Virus record (IMG/VR): IMGVR_UViG_3300033145_001323
Location: 1 to 59,213 of that record
Reading direction: 5' to 3' (one strand)
Source: a virus
Taxonomy: Duplodnaviria; Caudoviricetes
DNA: 59,213 nt
Shown: positions 1 to 8,503 of the stretch, one piece after another
How the letters are laid out: each line of letters opens with the position of its first letter
How positions within the stretch are numbered: position 1 is the stretch's first letter
Position numbers and translations under genes: made by a program
The notes under the pieces: model-generated
Database searches by the model: none
What the model saw: only the letters and a program-made list of their open reading frames with translations
Told to the model about the DNA's origin: nothing

Positions 1-20
1 CATATATTTTAATTCCTTTT

Positions 21-291
21 AATAACTTTAGACTGGAGAGGTAGGGATTTCGGTAGTCACCCTACAAAAATTAATTTTATATTCAGTCGCCATTAGTTTC
101 TCTCTAAATATAAATTATTGCGTTTACTTTCAGCGATACTGTAAAGGGCTAATTGACTATAATACCTCTTAAGAAAGTGTGTTGGACGGACAAAGGAAAG
201 AATTTAAATTCACTCCTTCTGCCGTCCAAATACTTAATATTATAGTTTGCCTCGCCTCCACTATTCCGCCACTCTCCAGTCCAAAATTATT
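21..291 (-). ncRNA. candidate large tRNA-like structured RNA (~250 nt)
   Basis: Ends pair (GACTGGAGAG/CTCTCCAGTC plus imperfect extension); minus-strand 5' GGAGAGTGGCGGAATAG resembles a tRNA 5' half; 3' GTAGGG..CCCTAC-CTCTCCA resembles T-arm plus acceptor; internal hairpin TTGGACGG..CCGTCCAA. Confidence 0.45.
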
Positions 292-948
292 AATTGATGT
301 ATTAAATCTTTTCTAATGTTTGTTCCAGTTCATCTGCTTCCTTATTAAGTTTACTGGCTTCTCTTGTTTTCTGGTCAGCTTTCATTCTTAGTTTTCTTAC
401 TTCTGATTTTATTATTTGTTTTACTTTATACGACATTTTATTTTTTGTTTATTTTAATCCAAAAATTTACTAATGCTTCTTCTGGTGTTTCACCAGTTGA
501 ATAAGATTTTTTGTTTTTATATACCACCCACTCATTTTCACATCTAACTAATTTCCAAAAGTTCTCTCCACACTTCATTTGTCTTCATTGGGACAACAAT
601 CATTCCATTCTCTAACCAAATGACGCTTTTTATTTCCAGAACAAGGAGGGACAGACCAATAACCATCGCCTATTTGCGGAAATCCATTATCCTTTAATTG
701 TTTACATAATTGATAATTCATTTTTTACTATTTTATAGTGTTTGTGTGTTACGATAACCACATTCTGGACAATATACCCATCGACAAGGTGGATTTGAAA
801 GCAACATTGTATCTGGGCTTTCTACTTTCATTTCTGTTCCGCACTTGGGACATAAAACTCCACTATCGTATTTAGTTTCATTTTTTTTGCTATAATATTC
901 TTATCTTTGTTTGTTGTGTTCATCTAATGTTTCCATTGTTTTATTATT

Positions 949-1441
949 TAGTTCTCTAAAAAACTGGGGGTGAGGAGTTGAACTTTGTTATACTATATTT
1001 TATTAGGAAACAATTTACGGGTCGCCTACTATCCTCGCTGATTAAAATACTCACAATTGTTGTTTAGAGCATTCTAATTAGTTTGGCTTTCGCCCCTACA
1101 CTTGGGTGCGACCAAGTTTGGCTTGTAAGTGTTCAGCTTATCCTACACTTGTTTCTTCGGACTACTAATTGCTCACGGATTTCCCGACAGAGTATTCGGG
1201 CGAGCCCTCGCTTTGGTATATCTTCCACCAACTTGCCAAAGTTGGCTTGTCTTTTACCTCCACTAACTCCAACTCCCACCAATACCTTTTGTGTAAATGT
1301 AGAAGTATTTTTGCGTTTAGTATCCCTATAACATAGAGTCACCTCACAGGTGGACATTTTTGGGAGCATTACCCTCGCGTAGCCCACAACCATTTAGGTT
1401 TGCGTTTCTCTTTTCCGCCACCCCAGTTTTTTAGAGAACTA
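949..1441 (-). ncRNA. candidate large tRNA-like structured RNA (~490 nt) closed by a 21-bp perfect inverted repeat
   Basis: TAGTTCTCTAAAAAACTGGGG / CCCCAGTTTTTTAGAGAACTA; D-arm-like GCG-GAAAAGAGAAA-CGC at the 5' end; GTTCAACTCC near the 3' end; GC-richer than the flanks; no convincing ORF. Confidence 0.55.
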
Positions 1442-1548
1442 TAATTGTCGTTTTACATCTTCTAATTGTTCTTCTAATTCCTTAATTTTTTCTTCTATCT
1501 CTTTAAGGTCTTCTTCTAATTGCTTAATCTTGGTATTTTTGTAAGATA

Positions 1549-1935
1549 TTATTCTTTTGTATTCTTTGAAATTGGGCATATTAGTTTACTGATTATTTTC
1601 TTGGCGTGTTTTTCTATAACATCAAAATCTAATTTATTATATAAGAAGCTGTTAATATTTATTGTTGTCCCAGTGATACTCAATTCTTCTGGTATTTGGA
1701 TTTTCATTTCATAAGATTTTTTGCCATCATTTTTGTATTCCACAATCTCGGCATAAACTTTTTCATCTTCATCGTGTGGAATTTCTCTTTGAAGAATTAG
1801 CTTTTGGTAAAAACATTCACTGTGTCTGTGTAATGGATGTGGTAGATGTTTTTTCCAAGTTTGGTTTTTTGTGAATTTTTCCATTTTTTTTGGTGTGCAT
1901 TCTGAAAATAGTGTGACTTTGAGACTATAAGGCAT
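1549..1935 (-). CDS. hypothetical protein
   Basis: 128-aa ORF co-oriented with neighbours. Confidence 0.55.
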   Translation of the reverse strand: MPYSLKVTLFSECTPKKMEKFTKNQTWKKHLPHPLHRHSECFYQKLILQREIPHDEDEKVYAEIVEYKNDGKKSYEMKIQIPEELSITGTTININSFLYNKLDFDVIEKHAKKIISKLICPISKNTKE

Positions 1936-1943
1936 TCTTATAG

Positions 1944-3100
1944 GTTAAACATACATAAGGGCGATACCTTGTTGCCCATAGATTATCGGCTTGCCAATAA
2001 CCCAGTGGCTCTTTGTGTGATATTTATTGCCGCGTTTCTGTCGGCATTGCTTTCATATCCACACTTATTACATTTAAACCTTTCTTGGTTTTTACGATTA
2101 GACCGAGAGATGTATCCGCATTTTGAACACCTACGGCTTGTTTCTTTTGGGTCTATGGCTGACACAGCCACTCCTGAAAGGCGAGCCTTATATTGTATAA
2201 AATCTACCAACTGCCTAAATGACCAATTATGTAGCATTCGATTGGTTTTTTTGTTAGCTTTTATTCGTCCCCTTATTCCTGTTAAATTTTCAATAGCAAC
2301 CGACCGTTTATTTTTAACTGCTATTTTTATTATCTCTTTACTAATTTTGTGATTTGTATTTTTTATCCAGTTTGCCTCTTTTTTACTTATTCTCTTTAAT
2401 AGTTTATAAACATTTCCTTGTTTTATTTTTGGTTGTAATTTTTTACGGAGTTTATAATAATGGTTTCTTTTTGACTTTAATGGTTTGCCATTAAAAAATC
2501 TTGTATTCTTTCCATTCCAATCACATAATACTGCTGTCTTCGCAAGTCCTAAATCTACACCCATATATCTTTTATACTTCTTGATTTTAGGTTCTTCAAT
2601 TTTAACTGACAAAAAACAAAACCAATTATTGCCTATCTTTTTTATTTTACTTTCCCTTATTTGTCCATCTGGAATTGCCTGACTTCTAAATGGTATCCAG
2701 AAATATCCTTCTCCAAAAGAAATTCCTAAATTGTTTTTATCTACTTTTAAGTTAGAAATAGATATAATTTCTTTTTTTAGAAATGGGGCATTTTTTCTTT
2801 TCTTTTTTGATGTTCTAACTAATCTAATAGCAGTATATTCTGCTAATTGTGTCATTAGTGCACCTAACCTAAATTTTTTTCTTGCTGGATAATAAAACCT
2901 TTCTTGAAGTTCTTTAATGTTTGTGCTTTCTATTTCTCGTATTTTGTCTATCCAATAATTAACACAAGCAGTTTGAGTTTTTGCTGTTTTTAATAATAAT
3001 AGTTCCTTGTTTTTTCTTGGAAGATATAATTTTAGTTTTCTTGTTATTATCATATCTCCATTTTATATCAATCAATATAATATGTCAAGTAATACTACCT
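1944..3100 (-). mobile_element. solo-TnpB (IS1341-like) element; boundaries approximate
   Basis: No tnpA in the window; subterminal hairpin GGGC..GCCC (1959-1977) after the stop; TTGACA-17-TAAAAT promoter upstream. Confidence 0.5.
1983..3053 (-). CDS. tnpB: IS200/IS605-family TnpB RNA-guided endonuclease
   Basis: RuvC-I GVDLG, RuvC-II IENL, zinc ribbon CSKC..CNKC, RuvC-III NADRNAAINI. Confidence 0.92.
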   Translation of the reverse strand: MIITRKLKLYLPRKNKELLLLKTAKTQTACVNYWIDKIREIESTNIKELQERFYYPARKKFRLGALMTQLAEYTAIRLVRTSKKKRKNAPFLKKEIISISNLKVDKNNLGISFGEGYFWIPFRSQAIPDGQIRESKIKKIGNNWFCFLSVKIEEPKIKKYKRYMGVDLGLAKTAVLCDWNGKNTRFFNGKPLKSKRNHYYKLRKKLQPKIKQGNVYKLLKRISKKEANWIKNTNHKISKEIIKIAVKNKRSVAIENLTGIRGRIKANKKTNRMLHNWSFRQLVDFIQYKARLSGVAVSAIDPKETSRRCSKCGYISRSNRKNQERFKCNKCGYESNADRNAAINITQRATGLLASR

Positions 3101-3138
3101 TCCTTCCATTGAAATCTTATTCAAAAAATTCAGTACTT

Positions 3139-5115
3139 TTATTTCAGAAGATTCAGAATACTGTCTTTTTCAAGAACCTCAGGTGATAAATCAATGTCAG
3201 CTTTATTTTTGTCTGTAATAAGTTTAGCCTTAGCTTTCTTAAGCACATCCTTTAGATTTATTGTATTCTCATAAAACCCAAAAAGATACTTTCTACTATG
3301 TTCCACAAAATCAGAATCACTTGAAGATATTGATTTCCCTATATTTGTTTCAGCGAAGTAAAATCTGCTTTCATTTTGGGTTGTAATAATCAATCCTAAT
3401 ATCTTTTGTTTTTCTTTGATTTTTGATTCGGCAACCGATACAAGATTATTGGGGTCAACCATATAGTTTTTTCCAAAATCTTCTGCTTTTTCTTTCGCCA
3501 CTATTATCTTAAATGGCACTTCTGTATTGCTATCAAAGTTAAAATAGTTTACAAGAAGTATGAGTGCTTTCTTAGTTTGTTTTTTAACATAAAATAATTC
3601 GGTAGCTCCATTTTTTCCACGGGCATCTGTTATATCACCTGAAAATAATATATCTCCGCTATCTGTTCTGTAATCAGCATCCCAACCAATCTTTTTATCT
3701 TGTGAAATAACTGATAAATCTAAATCAACTACTTTACTTTTTACATTTTTCCAATTTATGCCCACTATCATATCTTTTGGAATTGTTATATAGGTGCCAG
3801 AAGGGAGGTTGCCAGTGAAGCCCTTTTCTGTGGCAGGCAAACTATAATTGACGTGTTGAGGAAGATAGATTTTCTTGCCTTTTACATTCTTGCTAACATC
3901 CTTTACAATGGAATCCAAAACTATGTTTAAGATTCTTTTAGCACTACTTTTGTTTTCAAAGGAGAAATTTTGGGCATAGCCCTTGCCATTTCGCACACGG
4001 TAAAGAATTGAATTTATGTCCTTAGTGCGGAATCGCAACGCGTATGCGAGCCTGATTTTACGAAAAGTGGACACCTTGTCTAATTCTTTATTAAGTTCTT
4101 TTTTGGTTATTCTTTCATTTCTTTTTATTTTAGCAGTGACATCGTTAAGATAGTCCACTGGCATTGGTCGATGGTATTTGACAGCCAATCTTCTCATCCT
4201 ATTGATTGTAGGTTTTAGTTTTTTATTAGAGCGAAGGCTAAGCCATAATGGCTTGAATCTGTAAAAGATTGTAGACAGTCTATTTAATCCATACTTACTT
4301 TCATAATCTTTGAATAACTTGATGATATTCTTATTCTCATTTTCTTTAATCTTATCTATTAGGTCATTGCTTTTGATTAAAAGTGTTTGATTTGTTGTTT
4401 TAAAAATAACAAACCGCAAGAACTCGATTGGATTTTCTGGAAGCATTTTTAAGTGGTCATAAAGAGCTATCTTTACTTCTTTGTTTTTGATTCCATCAAT
4501 ATCATTTTCATCAATGCCTACAAAAACCGCCACATTCATAACATCTTTAATCGTATCCTCACCCAAAGCAATTCCTGAACCAAGTAAGTTTAATAACTTC
4601 TCTTTCAATTCTTTCTTGGTGTAGCCTTTTATAACAGTCAGTTTTATTCCATCTATATCTAAATCTGGGATTTCTAACTTTTCTTTTGGGATATAAACAT
4701 AATTGCCACCGATTTTGTCTGATTTGAAATCTTTTAATCCGATGATTTTTCCGCCTAGATTATCAACATCCCATTGTCCTTCTTTTCCTTCTATGTATTC
4801 TTCTGGTTCTTCTTTGCCATAGGTTGTAAGATAGTGAGCCAATTGTTCTACTACCAGTTGTTCCATATCGGCATCTTTGATTTTACTCCAAGATTTGTGG
4901 AAGGCATTATTCATCTCCTTGGCAGTTATTCCAATGGATTTTTCCACCAATCTAATCAGGCTATTGTGGTCGGGATAGCTATAAATAACTTCAGGGGTGA
5001 AGGCAAATCCTTTTTTAATTGTCCGTTCCATCAATTTCTTGTCGGTTTTCTTTCTTTTGTTTTCTATTGGGACTGCTCGGAATAAATTGATTGTGGATTG
5101 TGTTATTGTTTTCAT
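3139..5115 (-). CDS. 658-aa protein with long, probably helical N-terminal region and TerD-like C-terminal domain (possibly Ro60/TROVE-like RNA-binding)
   Basis: C-terminal VDLDLS..IGWDADYR..ILFSGDITDA..GATELFYV resembles TerD-type domains; directly preceded by repeated RNA hairpins. Confidence 0.55.
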   Translation of the reverse strand: MKTITQSTINLFRAVPIENKRKKTDKKLMERTIKKGFAFTPEVIYSYPDHNSLIRLVEKSIGITAKEMNNAFHKSWSKIKDADMEQLVVEQLAHYLTTYGKEEPEEYIEGKEGQWDVDNLGGKIIGLKDFKSDKIGGNYVYIPKEKLEIPDLDIDGIKLTVIKGYTKKELKEKLLNLLGSGIALGEDTIKDVMNVAVFVGIDENDIDGIKNKEVKIALYDHLKMLPENPIEFLRFVIFKTTNQTLLIKSNDLIDKIKENENKNIIKLFKDYESKYGLNRLSTIFYRFKPLWLSLRSNKKLKPTINRMRRLAVKYHRPMPVDYLNDVTAKIKRNERITKKELNKELDKVSTFRKIRLAYALRFRTKDINSILYRVRNGKGYAQNFSFENKSSAKRILNIVLDSIVKDVSKNVKGKKIYLPQHVNYSLPATEKGFTGNLPSGTYITIPKDMIVGINWKNVKSKVVDLDLSVISQDKKIGWDADYRTDSGDILFSGDITDARGKNGATELFYVKKQTKKALILLVNYFNFDSNTEVPFKIIVAKEKAEDFGKNYMVDPNNLVSVAESKIKEKQKILGLIITTQNESRFYFAETNIGKSISSSDSDFVEHSRKYLFGFYENTINLKDVLKKAKAKLITDKNKADIDLSPEVLEKDSILNLLK

Positions 5116-5129
5116 TTTTTTATAGTTGT

Positions 5130-5180
5130 GGCGGATGGTAGTAAAAGCAAAAATTTATTTGATTAGGAACCATCTGTGCC
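5130..5180 (-). ncRNA. bulged hairpin motif, copy 1
   Basis: GGC-ACA-GATGGT-TCCTA..ACCATC-C-GCC on the minus strand. Confidence 0.7.
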
Positions 5181-5190
5181 AACAAGTTAT

Positions 5191-5412
5191 TTATTTATTT
5201 TGATTTATTAAATAATCTGCTATTTCCTTTATTCTATCTTTCAATTCTTCTATTTCATCTATTCCATCATATAAATCCTCTCTATCAAAATGACGATATT
5301 CGGAAAACCCACAATTTTTACAATTTCCGAATTCTCCTTCTTTCCATTTATCGCAAGGAATAATGTTTTTATTTATTGAAGGTGATATAGAGGGTGAAAC
5401 TTTTGTTTTCAT
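5191..5412 (-). CDS. hypothetical Cys-containing protein
   Basis: 73-aa ORF; N-terminal VSPSISPS; CKNC. Confidence 0.6.
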   Translation of the reverse strand: MKTKVSPSISPSINKNIIPCDKWKEGEFGNCKNCGFSEYRHFDREDLYDGIDEIEELKDRIKEIADYLINQNK

Positions 5413-5450
5413 ATTTTTATTTTATGTGCACCAATGTGCACTTTTATTAA

Positions 5451-5567
5451 TGGAGGAAAGATGGGATTTGAACCCATACTGCCCGAGCCCTGTTTTATAG
5501 GAACTTGTTTTGCTCGAAAGCGATAAGTAAAATAATCGGGCGTTCTACCAATTAAACCACTTTCCTC
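5451..5567 (-). ncRNA. tRNA-like RNA with 49 nt in place of the 7-nt anticodon loop
   Basis: Acceptor AGGAAAG/CTTTCCT then CCA; D-arm GTTT-AATTGGTA-GAAC; anticodon stem CCCGA/TCGGG; T-arm ATGGG-TTCAAAT-CCCAT. Confidence 0.8.
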
Positions 5568-5574
5568 ATTAAAT

Positions 5575-5620
5575 GGCGGGCAATAAATAATAGATTTATA
5601 GAATAGGAATTGCCTTTGCC
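5575..5620 (-). ncRNA. bulged hairpin motif, copy 2
   Basis: GGC-AAA-GGCAAT-TCCTA..ATTGCC-C-GCC. Confidence 0.7.
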
Positions 5621-5640
5621 ATTTGTGAATTATTATTTAA

Positions 5641-5690
5641 GGCGAGTGGTAAATAAATTTTCAAGATTTGATATAGGAACCACTTTTGCC
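5641..5690 (-). ncRNA. bulged hairpin motif, copy 3
   Basis: GGC-AAA-AGTGGT-TCCTA..ACCACT-C-GCC. Confidence 0.7.
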
Positions 5691-5710
5691 CAAGATTATT
5701 ACTATATCCC

Positions 5711-5757
5711 ATTATATACACAGAGATATTTTTGTCAACCCCTGTTCTTGTGGATAA
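5711..5757 (-). promoter_or_regulatory. sigma70-type promoter with upstream DnaA box
   Basis: TTATCCACA-N10-TTGACA-N16-TATAAT. Confidence 0.75.
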
Positions 5758-5760
5758 CTT

Positions 5761-7953
5761 TTATTTTGTTTTTGATAAAAATAATTTCTTCCACCGATAA
5801 AATGAAGCCCTGCTTTCTGTCCACTTTTCCAATCTTTTTATATCATCTGTATGTTTCTCCAATAAATCCTTGATTAGAAATAATCTCTCATCAATCTCAA
5901 GATTTTGTATAACCTCATATCTCCAATCGATGTTAGATTGTTTACTTTCAATTGCAAGAACATATGTTCGTAAATTAAGATTCTTTGAAAATGGGGCAAA
6001 TGTTTTTAAGAAGCCTAATATTTCTTTATCCTCCGCCCATTCTGTGAGATACCTATGTATTTCTATATCAGATGGGCAGAAGTTCAAACAGTGTCCTCTT
6101 GACATTACTGCCCTAATATTGGGGTCTTCTGGCTTTAGTTTGTTGAGTAGTAAGATTACTTTTGCTTTTGTTTCAAATTCCCGTGGGTAATCTTTAAATA
6201 ATGGTGAAGTCGTGGAATATTGCATAACCTTTTCCTCTCTGGAGTCGCAAAGGATTTTTAGCATTGTAACTAACTTGGAATTGCTAAACATTATTTCTGC
6301 CTCATCTATCATTACAAGGACATCTTTTTCTTCCTGTGTTCTTTCGTATATGAGTTGGTAGAATCTCATTGGTGTTACATGAGAATTGATGGTTAATGGT
6401 GCAAATTCTATAAGTGCATTTTCAACCTGAAAACTATTATGGATTATAATGTCGTTAACTAAGAAATTATGTGCAGAATTGTCAATTTCTAAATCATAAA
6501 CTTGAATTGGTTCATTGATTAAATGTTTTTCTTTGATTTTTACCCATCGAATATTATCTTTGCTTTGCCATTTTAATTCAGATAGTAAATGGATGGCTTT
6601 TTTGAATTTTTGTAGTCTTAATTTTTTTTCAAGTTTAAGAATTTTTGAGATTGTATTGCTTGAAACGTTTTTTTGGTTTCTATATACATTCAAAACAGAG
6701 GCATATGTTTTGTTGGAAAACTTGGACATTCCATAAATAGAAACATTAATATCATCTTCGGAGAAGTTTTTAAACAAATCAAGCAATCTTTTAACTTTAT
6801 TTCTACTCAAATTTCCAGTTTTACAATGAAGTTTTAATGTATTCCAATGTGTTTTTGTGAGATAAGTTAGTTCTTGAAACTTTTTTTCTGATAATGGAAT
6901 TACATCCTTGTTGGTATTTATTGCTTTTTTTGATTTAACAATCTTAGTTAGTCTATCTTGTTTTCTTGTTAAATTAAATTTGATGTGCTTGTGATATTTT
7001 GCGAGAGATTCTCTATCTGTGATAACAAGTCTAAAATAAGAATTATCTGGGTAATTTTTGGCTTTTTTGTTGCTTATTTGAGAATGAACTCCAAATCGCA
7101 AAAATAAATGTTTAAGTTGTTTTATTAAGAATTCACTTGCCGATGTTACTTCAATTATATTATTTGCAACACAGCCATCTCCATCCATATATCTTGACAA
7201 ACAATCAGCAATCCTTTGGTTATTCTGAGATAACACTTCATTGGGGAAAAATTTATCTTTAGATAATTTGCCATAAAGTCCTAGTCTTTTTAATTCTACC
7301 TTGAGTGGATTTGGGCATCGTTTTCCTTTGTTTGTTTTTTTCACTATTCTATAAGTATAATGATTTGTTTTATCTTGTTTCAATGTTAATTTTTTATTAA
7401 ATCTTTTTATTTGATATTTAATATCTTTTACACTTTCTTTATCTCCTGAACTAAACATAGGATAATGACCAGTTAATCCTCCTTCTGCTATAAGATGTCC
7501 TAAAATCTTATTTAAACTATTAGAAATTTTGTTTTTATGTTTTATAATTGGATAAACATTGGGCACACAGATAAAATCTCCAATTTTCAATTCTGATACT
7601 GGTTGCCACCCACTGATAGTTAAGAGTGGATGCTCTGGGGTTAATCTGATTTGTCTTCCATCTTCTAATTTTAGCGACAGTGTTTTATTAACTTGTCTTT
7701 TGAAATATTTTTTTATAGGAGAATATTGTAGTCCTTTTTTATTATTAAAACATAGTGTATTATTTTCAACCATTTTCTTGCTGATTTTTGTCATTTCGCC
7801 GTTTTCTGTAATAATGTAATCATTTTTAGACATAGCTACACACTTCCCAAGTCCAGCTCTTGATACAAGTGTTACTAAGTTCATTTTCTTTTGGCTGAAC
7901 GATTCAATATATTTTTGTAGGTTTTTATATTTTTCTATTTTGAGAAATTGCAT
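5761..7953 (-). CDS. P-loop (AAA+-like) ATPase containing an intein
   Basis: Walker A AGLGK|S split by the intein; Walker B VMIDEAE; spliced extein 261 aa with HTH-like C-terminus SRASFYRWKK. Confidence 0.8.
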   Translation of the reverse strand: MQFLKIEKYKNLQKYIESFSQKKMNLVTLVSRAGLGKCVAMSKNDYIITENGEMTKISKKMVENNTLCFNNKKGLQYSPIKKYFKRQVNKTLSLKLEDGRQIRLTPEHPLLTISGWQPVSELKIGDFICVPNVYPIIKHKNKISNSLNKILGHLIAEGGLTGHYPMFSSGDKESVKDIKYQIKRFNKKLTLKQDKTNHYTYRIVKKTNKGKRCPNPLKVELKRLGLYGKLSKDKFFPNEVLSQNNQRIADCLSRYMDGDGCVANNIIEVTSASEFLIKQLKHLFLRFGVHSQISNKKAKNYPDNSYFRLVITDRESLAKYHKHIKFNLTRKQDRLTKIVKSKKAINTNKDVIPLSEKKFQELTYLTKTHWNTLKLHCKTGNLSRNKVKRLLDLFKNFSEDDINVSIYGMSKFSNKTYASVLNVYRNQKNVSSNTISKILKLEKKLRLQKFKKAIHLLSELKWQSKDNIRWVKIKEKHLINEPIQVYDLEIDNSAHNFLVNDIIIHNSFQVENALIEFAPLTINSHVTPMRFYQLIYERTQEEKDVLVMIDEAEIMFSNSKLVTMLKILCDSREEKVMQYSTTSPLFKDYPREFETKAKVILLLNKLKPEDPNIRAVMSRGHCLNFCPSDIEIHRYLTEWAEDKEILGFLKTFAPFSKNLNLRTYVLAIESKQSNIDWRYEVIQNLEIDERLFLIKDLLEKHTDDIKRLEKWTESRASFYRWKKLFLSKTK
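6436..7842 (-). mobile_element. LAGLIDADG intein (469 aa)
   Basis: Starts C-VAMS; block B LTPEHPLL; LGHLIAEGG and YMDGDG endonuclease motifs; block F VYDLEI; ends IIHN followed by S. Confidence 0.92.
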
Positions 7954-7966
7954 TTTGTTTTTTTAT

Positions 7967-8392
7967 TTATAATAGTTGCATCTGTTCTTTTACTAGTTCT
8001 TTTATTTTATTTCTTAATCTACTTTCGTCATAGCCACAAAATTCTTTCCAGCATTCAAACCAAAATATTTCTTTATCTGTCCATTGTAAAACATTTTTAT
8101 ACCATGCTAATAATCTTTTTTTAGCATATCCTAATCTTGATGGATTTTTTATATTTGTTATTAGACAGAAGAAAAAAGCATTTACCACCTTATTCATATT
8201 ATAATCTTCTATCTTGTGACAATTATTTTTATATTGATAAGCATTAGCCATTTTTAGATGATACCATATTGTTTTGGGATGGAGATCGAATTTTTTTGCC
8301 AAATCCGTAATAGTCATTCCATTACGATGTAGTGCTATTATTTCTTCTTTGTCTTTTTGTGATGTTTTTCTGTTTTGTATTTTTTTGTTCAT
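7967..8392 (-). CDS. helix-turn-helix DNA-binding protein
   Basis: IIALHRNGMTITDLAKKFDLHPKTIWYHLK. Confidence 0.7.
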   Translation of the reverse strand: MNKKIQNRKTSQKDKEEIIALHRNGMTITDLAKKFDLHPKTIWYHLKMANAYQYKNNCHKIEDYNMNKVVNAFFFCLITNIKNPSRLGYAKKRLLAWYKNVLQWTDKEIFWFECWKEFCGYDESRLRNKIKELVKEQMQLL

Positions 8393-8503
8393 TTTGTTTG
8401 TGTTTTGTTTGTTATTTTTTAAAAGTAATAGTAATATACCAGTCTAAGATAAAAACACTACCACGGGCAGATTTAGCAATAAAAACCACCATTACATTGC
8501 TCA

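Noticed and set aside
1083-1393. ORFs 1083-1331 (+) and 1133-1393 (-)
   Set aside because: Both lie inside the inverted-repeat-bounded structured element and have atypical composition; probably spurious.
5451-5567. Ordinary intron-containing tRNA gene
   Set aside because: No plausible anticodon loop after removing the insert, and the insert is far too short for a group I intron.
5575-5690. CRISPR array or intrinsic terminators
   Set aside because: Units share structure rather than repeat sequence; no cas genes; no U-tracts; large loops.
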